Below are positions 59,315 through 64,000 of a DNA stretch of 64,000 nucleotides, piece after piece. The position numbers were made by a program, and so were the translations under genes. The stretch's first letter is position 1. Every line of letters begins with the position of its first letter. Source of the DNA: an uncultured Marinobacter sp. (GTDB taxonomy: Bacteria > Pseudomonadota > Gammaproteobacteria > Pseudomonadales > Oleiphilaceae); assembly GCF_913055835.1 (NCBI RefSeq), contig NZ_CAJXKQ010000008.1, forward strand, positions 28,981 through 92,980, in the 5' to 3' direction. Below the pieces are notes generated by a model that was not told the origin of the DNA, searched no databases, and worked only from the letters and a program-made list of their open reading frames with translations.

Positions 59315-60058
59315 ATGTGGCAATTTTTTCACAAGCTGGGTTCTCCCAAATGGTTCTTCGGGATTGCAGCCCGGCTGATGCCCTGGCTACTGGCAGGCGG
59401 CATCCTGCTGTTGATGGCGGGCATTGTCTGGGGGCTGGCCTTTGCTCCCAAGGATTATCTTCAGGGCAACAGCTACCGGATTATTTTTATTCACGTGCCC
59501 ACGGCCTTCCTGGCCCAATCGGTCTACGTAATGATGGCGGTGGCAGCCGTTGTCACCCTGGTCTGGCGCATGAAGCTGGCGGATGTGTTCGTCAAGTCGG
59601 TCGCGCCGGTGGGGCTGGTACTGACCTTTCTTTCCCTGTTTACCGGTGCTGTCTGGGGCAAGCCCACGTGGGGAACCTGGTGGGTCTGGGATGCCCGTCT
59701 GACCTCGATGCTGATCCTGCTGTTCCTGTATGGCGGCGTGATCGCCCTGGACCGGGCCATCAACGATGAAAAATCTGCGGCTCGGGCGGTATCGGTGCTT
59801 GTGCTGGTCGGGGTGGTGAATATACCGATTATCCAGTACTCCGTTGAATGGTGGAATACGTTACACCAGCCGTCGACGTTCAAGCTGACCGAAAAGCCGT
59901 CCATGCCGGCAGAGATGTGGGTGCCGTTGCTGCTGTCTGTACTCGGGCTGTACCTGCTGTTCGGCTGGCTTGCCTGTTTGCGAATGCAGACCGAGATTCT
60001 TCTGCGCGAGCAGAGAACGCGCTGGGTTAAAGATTACGTGTTGGTCGGGAGGGGCTGA
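59315..60058 (+). CDS. ccmC: Heme exporter CcmC
   Basis: WWD motif [17 protein letters not shown]; HVP and TLHQP histidines. Confidence 0.97.
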   Translation: MWQFFHKLGSPKWFFGIAARLMPWLLAGGILLLMAGIVWGLAFAPKDYLQGNSYRIIFIHVPTAFLAQSVYVMMAVAAVVTLVWRMKLADVFVKSVAPVGLVLTFLSLFTGAVWGKPTWGTWWVWDARLTSMLILLFLYGGVIALDRAINDEKSAARAVSVLVLVGVVNIPIIQYSVEWWNTLHQPSTFKLTEKPSMPAEMWVPLLLSVLGLYLLFGWLACLRMQTEILLREQRTRWVKDYVLVGRG

Positions 60059-60061
60059 AGT

Positions 60062-60301
60062 ATGGCATTTGATTCCTTTTCGGCATTTATGGTGATGGAA
60101 GGTCACGGGCCGTATGTCTGGTCCTGTTACGCCGCCTTCTTCCTGCTGATGATCGGCCTGATGGTCTGGTCCCTGCGCCGTCGCAAGGCCGCCATTGAGG
60201 CCTGCCGTCGTGGTTATGAATTGCAGGCAGATCGGCAGGATCCGCAGGCCGCATCGGCTTCGGCCGCCTCTTTCACCCGCGTCAAGGTTTCCCAAGACTG
60301 A
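60062..60301 (+). CDS. ccmD: Heme exporter CcmD
   Basis: [12 protein letters not shown] plus TM and basic tail. Confidence 0.92.
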   Translation: MAFDSFSAFMVMEGHGPYVWSCYAAFFLLMIGLMVWSLRRRKAAIEACRRGYELQADRQDPQAASASAASFTRVKVSQD

Positions 60302-60315
60302 AAGGCAGATATCTG

Positions 60316-60786
60316 ATGCATCCAATCCGAAAAAAGCGGTTGACCATTGTCCTGTTCCTGTTGGTGGGACTGGGCATCGCTGTGGGTCTGACCACCTATG
60401 CGCTGCGACAGAACATTAACCTGTTTTACGACCCTACCCAGATTTCTGCCGGTGAAGCGCCGGTGGATGTCAGGATCCGGGCCGGTGGCATGGTTGAGGA
60501 GGGCTCGGTTCTGCGTGATCCGGATAGCCTGATGGTTGAGTTCAAAGTGACCGACTTCAATGCCTCTGTGCCGGTGCAGTACACCGGTATCCTCCCGGAT
60601 CTGTTTGCCGAGGGGCAGGGTGTGGTTGCCATGGGCCGACTGGACCAAAACGGCCGCTTTGTGGCCGATCAGGTTCTGGCAAAACACGATGAAAACTATA
60701 TGCCGCCGGAAGTCGCGGATGCACTGGAGAAGGCCTCGAAAGGCCAGCATAAAGCCAGTGGCAGTGCCGAAACCGTATCCTACTAA
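60316..60786 (+). CDS. ccmE: Heme chaperone CcmE
   Basis: [22 protein letters not shown] (HxxxY). Confidence 0.97.
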   Translation: MHPIRKKRLTIVLFLLVGLGIAVGLTTYALRQNINLFYDPTQISAGEAPVDVRIRAGGMVEEGSVLRDPDSLMVEFKVTDFNASVPVQYTGILPDLFAEGQGVVAMGRLDQNGRFVADQVLAKHDENYMPPEVADALEKASKGQHKASGSAETVSY

Positions 60787-60823
60787 CCGTTTTATCTGAC
60801 AGCCTGGTTTCTGGAGGCCTTTG

Positions 60824-62830
60824 ATGTATCCCGAACTCGGACAGCTTGCACTGATTCTCGCGCTGTTGTTGGCAGTGCTCCTCTCCGTAGTCCCCCTGGC
60901 CGGTTCGCTGACTGGCAGGGACAATCTTCAGGCGTTCGCCAGGCCACTGGCGTCCGGCATGTTTGTTTTCATCGGTCTTGCCTTCGCCGTTCTGACCCAC
61001 GCGTTCGTAACCGACGACTTTTCAGTGGCCTATGTTGCCAATAACAGCAACAGCCTGTTGCCCTGGTACTACAAGTTCAGTGCGGTGTGGGGCGGTCACG
61101 AGGGCTCACTGCTGCTCTGGATTCTCATGCTGGCCGGCTGGACATTGGCGGTTGCGATCTTCAGCCGCCGCCTGCCGGCGGTGATGATCTCCCAGGTGCT
61201 GTCGGTGCTGGGCATGGTTTGTGTCGGCTTCCTGCTGTTTATCGTTATCACCTCCAACCCATTCGACCGTCTGCTGCCCAATGTGCCCGCCGATGGCGCG
61301 GATCTGAACCCCTTGCTCCAGGATTTCGGGCTGATCGTGCATCCGCCGATGCTCTATATGGGTTATGTCGGTTTTGCCGTGGCCTTTGCGTTTGCAATCG
61401 CCGCCCTCATTAATGGCCGTCTCGATGCCGCCTGGGCACGCTGGTCGCGGCCCTGGACTACGGTTGCCTGGGCGTTCCTTTCCCTTGGCATTGCCCTGGG
61501 TAGCTGGTGGGCCTACTACGAACTTGGCTGGGGTGGCTGGTGGTTCTGGGACCCGGTCGAGAATGCCTCATTGTTACCCTGGCTTTCCGGTACTGCCCTG
61601 ATGCATTCACTGGCGGTCACAGAGAAACGCGGTGTGTTCAAAAGCTGGACGGTGCTGCTGGCCATTGTCACCTTTGCTCTCAGCCTGCTGGGTACCTTCC
61701 TTGTCCGGTCTGGCGTACTGACATCGGTTCACGCCTTCGCATCTGATCCTGAGCGGGGCACTTTCCTGTTGGGCCTGTTGGCAGTCACAGTAATCGCCAG
61801 TCTGGCGCTGTATGCGTTCCGGGCACCGGTGGTGCATGTCCGCTCCCGGTACGGCTCTTTGTCTCGGGAAGTGTTCCTCTTGCTCAACAATGTTCTGCTG
61901 GTATCGGCCACACTTCTGGTTGCAGTCGGCACGCTGTATCCGTTGGTGCTTGATTACCTGGAGCTGGGCAAACTGTCGATCGGTGAGCCGTTCTTCAATC
62001 TGACGTTCAGCCCCCTGGCGGTAGCGACCGGCCTGTTGCTGGGTGCCGGTATCTTCTCCCGCTGGAAGAAAACCGATGGTGGCTGGCTGGCGCGGAAGCT
62101 TCTGTGGCCCCTTGCAATCAGCGTCGTTGGCACCACGGCGGTCATGATCGGTTACGGTGGCTTCAAGCCCTGGGCATTCCTCGGCATTTTCGCCGCCATG
62201 TGGGTAACGGTTGCCACGTTCTGGGATCTCTGGGACAAGTCTTCTTCCCGAAAAGGTCGTTTGCACGGCTTGAAACGGCAGTCCCGCAGCTATTACGGCA
62301 TGGTGCTCGGGCATCTGGGACTGGCCATTACCATGGCGGGGGCTACGGTGGTTTCCAACTACGGCATCGAGCGTGACGTACGTATGGTACCCGGCGATGT
62401 TGCCACTGTCGGCGATTATCAATTTGCGTTCAGGGATATCGGTGCCCGCCAGGGCCCCAACTTTACGGCTCAATATGGCACTTTCGATGTCATGTTGGAT
62501 GGTGAGCTTGTATCCGTGCTTCATCCCGAGAAACGCCAATACACCGTCGGTATGAGCGTCATGACCGAGGCGGACATCGACGCCGGTCTGTTCCGGGATA
62601 TCTTCGTGGCCATTGGTGAACGCATCACCGACGAGGCCTGGGCCATCCGGCTGCAGTACAAACCACTGGTTCGCTGGCTTTGGCTGGGCTCCCTGTTCAT
62701 GGCAGCCGGCGGCTTCCTGGCGATCGCTGATCGCCGATACCGAATCCGGGAGGAAGCTGACAAAAAAGTGCCGGCCGGTACTGCCGCGCCTGAACCAGGC
62801 TCTGCGACGTCTGCTGGAGCAGCGTCATGA
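60824..62830 (+). CDS. ccmF: Heme lyase CcmF
   Basis: WGGHEGSLLLW, HPPMLY, WAYYELGWGGWWFWDPVEN, SVHAFA. Confidence 0.98.
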   Translation: MYPELGQLALILALLLAVLLSVVPLAGSLTGRDNLQAFARPLASGMFVFIGLAFAVLTHAFVTDDFSVAYVANNSNSLLPWYYKFSAVWGGHEGSLLLWILMLAGWTLAVAIFSRRLPAVMISQVLSVLGMVCVGFLLFIVITSNPFDRLLPNVPADGADLNPLLQDFGLIVHPPMLYMGYVGFAVAFAFAIAALINGRLDAAWARWSRPWTTVAWAFLSLGIALGSWWAYYELGWGGWWFWDPVENASLLPWLSGTALMHSLAVTEKRGVFKSWTVLLAIVTFALSLLGTFLVRSGVLTSVHAFASDPERGTFLLGLLAVTVIASLALYAFRAPVVHVRSRYGSLSREVFLLLNNVLLVSATLLVAVGTLYPLVLDYLELGKLSIGEPFFNLTFSPLAVATGLLLGAGIFSRWKKTDGGWLARKLLWPLAISVVGTTAVMIGYGGFKPWAFLGIFAAMWVTVATFWDLWDKSSSRKGRLHGLKRQSRSYYGMVLGHLGLAITMAGATVVSNYGIERDVRMVPGDVATVGDYQFAFRDIGARQGPNFTAQYGTFDVMLDGELVSVLHPEKRQYTVGMSVMTEADIDAGLFRDIFVAIGERITDEAWAIRLQYKPLVRWLWLGSLFMAAGGFLAIADRRYRIREEADKKVPAGTAAPEPGSATSAGAAS

Positions 62831-63363
62831 AACGGTTCCTGCTGTTTTTGCCGCTGCTGATTGCCGTTGTTGTCGGCATAGTGCTGTTCGCGGGCATTGG
62901 CAAGGATCCGACCAAGCTTGAATCGGCCCTGGTTGGCAAGCCGGTTCCCGAGTTCAGTCTCCGGGATCTGCACAATCCGGATGCCATGCTGGACAGGAGC
63001 GTATTCCAGGGCCAAGTCTCCCTGCTGAATGTCTGGGGCACCTGGTGCCCGGCCTGCAAGGATGAGCACGACGACCTGATGTGGCTGGCCGAGGAAAAGG
63101 GCGTCAATATCATTGGTCTGAACTACAAGGATAACCGCGAGGACGCGCTGGTCTGGCTCGACCGTCTCGGGAATCCGTACCGGAAAACCATCTATGACCC
63201 CCGCGGCACCCTCGGGTTTGATCTGGGTGTGTACGGCGCGCCGGAAACCTTTGTGATTGATGCCGAGGGCATGGTCCGCTTCCGCCATGTGGGCGTGGTC
63301 AATGAAACGGTCTGGGAACAGACGTTGCTGCCCGTGATCAATGATGTTCAGGGGAATGGCTGA
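62827..63363 (+). CDS. ccmG: Thiol:disulfide interchange protein CcmG/DsbE
   Basis: WGTWCPAC, GLNYKD, GVYGAPETF. Confidence 0.96.
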   Translation: MKRFLLFLPLLIAVVVGIVLFAGIGKDPTKLESALVGKPVPEFSLRDLHNPDAMLDRSVFQGQVSLLNVWGTWCPACKDEHDDLMWLAEEKGVNIIGLNYKDNREDALVWLDRLGNPYRKTIYDPRGTLGFDLGVYGAPETFVIDAEGMVRFRHVGVVNETVWEQTLLPVINDVQGNG

Positions 63364-63836
63364 TGGTCAGGGTCGTTTGTTTGATGTTGGCGCTGATATT
63401 TTCCGGTGTCGCTGCAGCCGAGGTGGCTGACGTATACGATTTTTCGGATCGGGCCCAGGAGCAGCGCTACCAGAACCTGATCGCGGAACTGCGCTGCCCT
63501 AAATGCCAGAACCAGAACATTGCCGATTCCAACGCGCCTATCTCCAAGGACATGAGGGAGGCGGTCTACCGGATGATGAAAGACGGTGCCAGTAACGAGG
63601 AGATTGTTGAATCCCTGGTTGGCAGGTTCGGTGAGTTCGTTCGCTACAAGCCCGAGTTTGACAGTCGGACGTTTCTGCTCTGGGCCACACCGGCCATTGC
63701 GGTCTTCGGCGGGGTTCTGGTGGTGGCCGGCGTGGTCATCCGCTCCCGGCGGGCGGGGCAGGATAGCCCGGCCCTGAGTGCCGAGGAAAAAGCCCGGGTC
63801 GACAAAATGCTGGCAGATGAGGACAAGCTGTCCTGA
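63363..63836 (+). CDS. ccmH: Cytochrome c biogenesis protein CcmH
   Basis: LRCPKCQNQNIADSNA. Confidence 0.96.
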   Translation: MVRVVCLMLALIFSGVAAAEVADVYDFSDRAQEQRYQNLIAELRCPKCQNQNIADSNAPISKDMREAVYRMMKDGASNEEIVESLVGRFGEFVRYKPEFDSRTFLLWATPAIAVFGGVLVVAGVVIRSRRAGQDSPALSAEEKARVDKMLADEDKLS

Positions 63837-63904
63837 AGCTGGCTTTGCCCGGTATGTTCTGGCTGCCGCCTCATTATTAATTCTGAACCTGTGACTGATA
63901 CTCC

Positions 63905-64000
63905 ATGACTGACACTTTCTGGATTGCCGCAACGGTACTGATCATTCTTGCCCTTTTGTTCGTGTTGTACCCGGTCTTTTTCCATCGGCTGGGTGCGCGG
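63905..64000 (+). CDS. ccmI: 5' part of CcmI/CycH (truncated by window end)
   Basis: MTDTFWIAATVLIILALLFVLYP; position after ccmH. Confidence 0.75.
   Translation, partial: MTDTFWIAATVLIILALLFVLYPVFFHRLGAR

Overview
A gene-dense, GC-rich window from a gammaproteobacterial chromosome. Gene order and repeat style suggest a Marinobacter-like marine organism (inference, not proven). From left to right: amidase and a pore-less voltage-sensor-like membrane protein; tamAB; an amidoligase / C26 amidohydrolase / SIMPL operon; lexA-sulA with SOS boxes; a solitary DUF1329 gene; a large polar flagellum and chemotaxis cluster; and the ccmA-I cytochrome c maturation operon (ccmI truncated by the window edge). 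The flagellar cluster runs fliT-like, fleQSR, fliE-J, hsbA-hsbR-hptB, fliK-R, flhB, flhA-flhF-fleN-fliA, cheYZAB, motCD, ParC/ParP-like, cheW, DUF2802. Two inserts interrupt this backbone. (i) Between flhB and flhA lie a stack of three hairpin repeat elements and a reverse-strand upp-uraA-methyltransferase operon. (ii) Between DUF2802 and the flhB-like/fliK-like pair lies a coupled two-gene cassette. It encodes a PilB/GspE-type motor ATPase fused to an N-terminal isoaspartyl-methyltransferase-like domain, plus a YehL-type MoxR AAA+ ATPase lacking its usual partners. This cassette is the best candidate for an undescribed system. No rRNA, tRNA, CRISPR array, integrase or transposase was recognised. 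All assignments come from motif recognition by eye; no database search was run. Several start codons were moved from the ORF track to better-supported starts.
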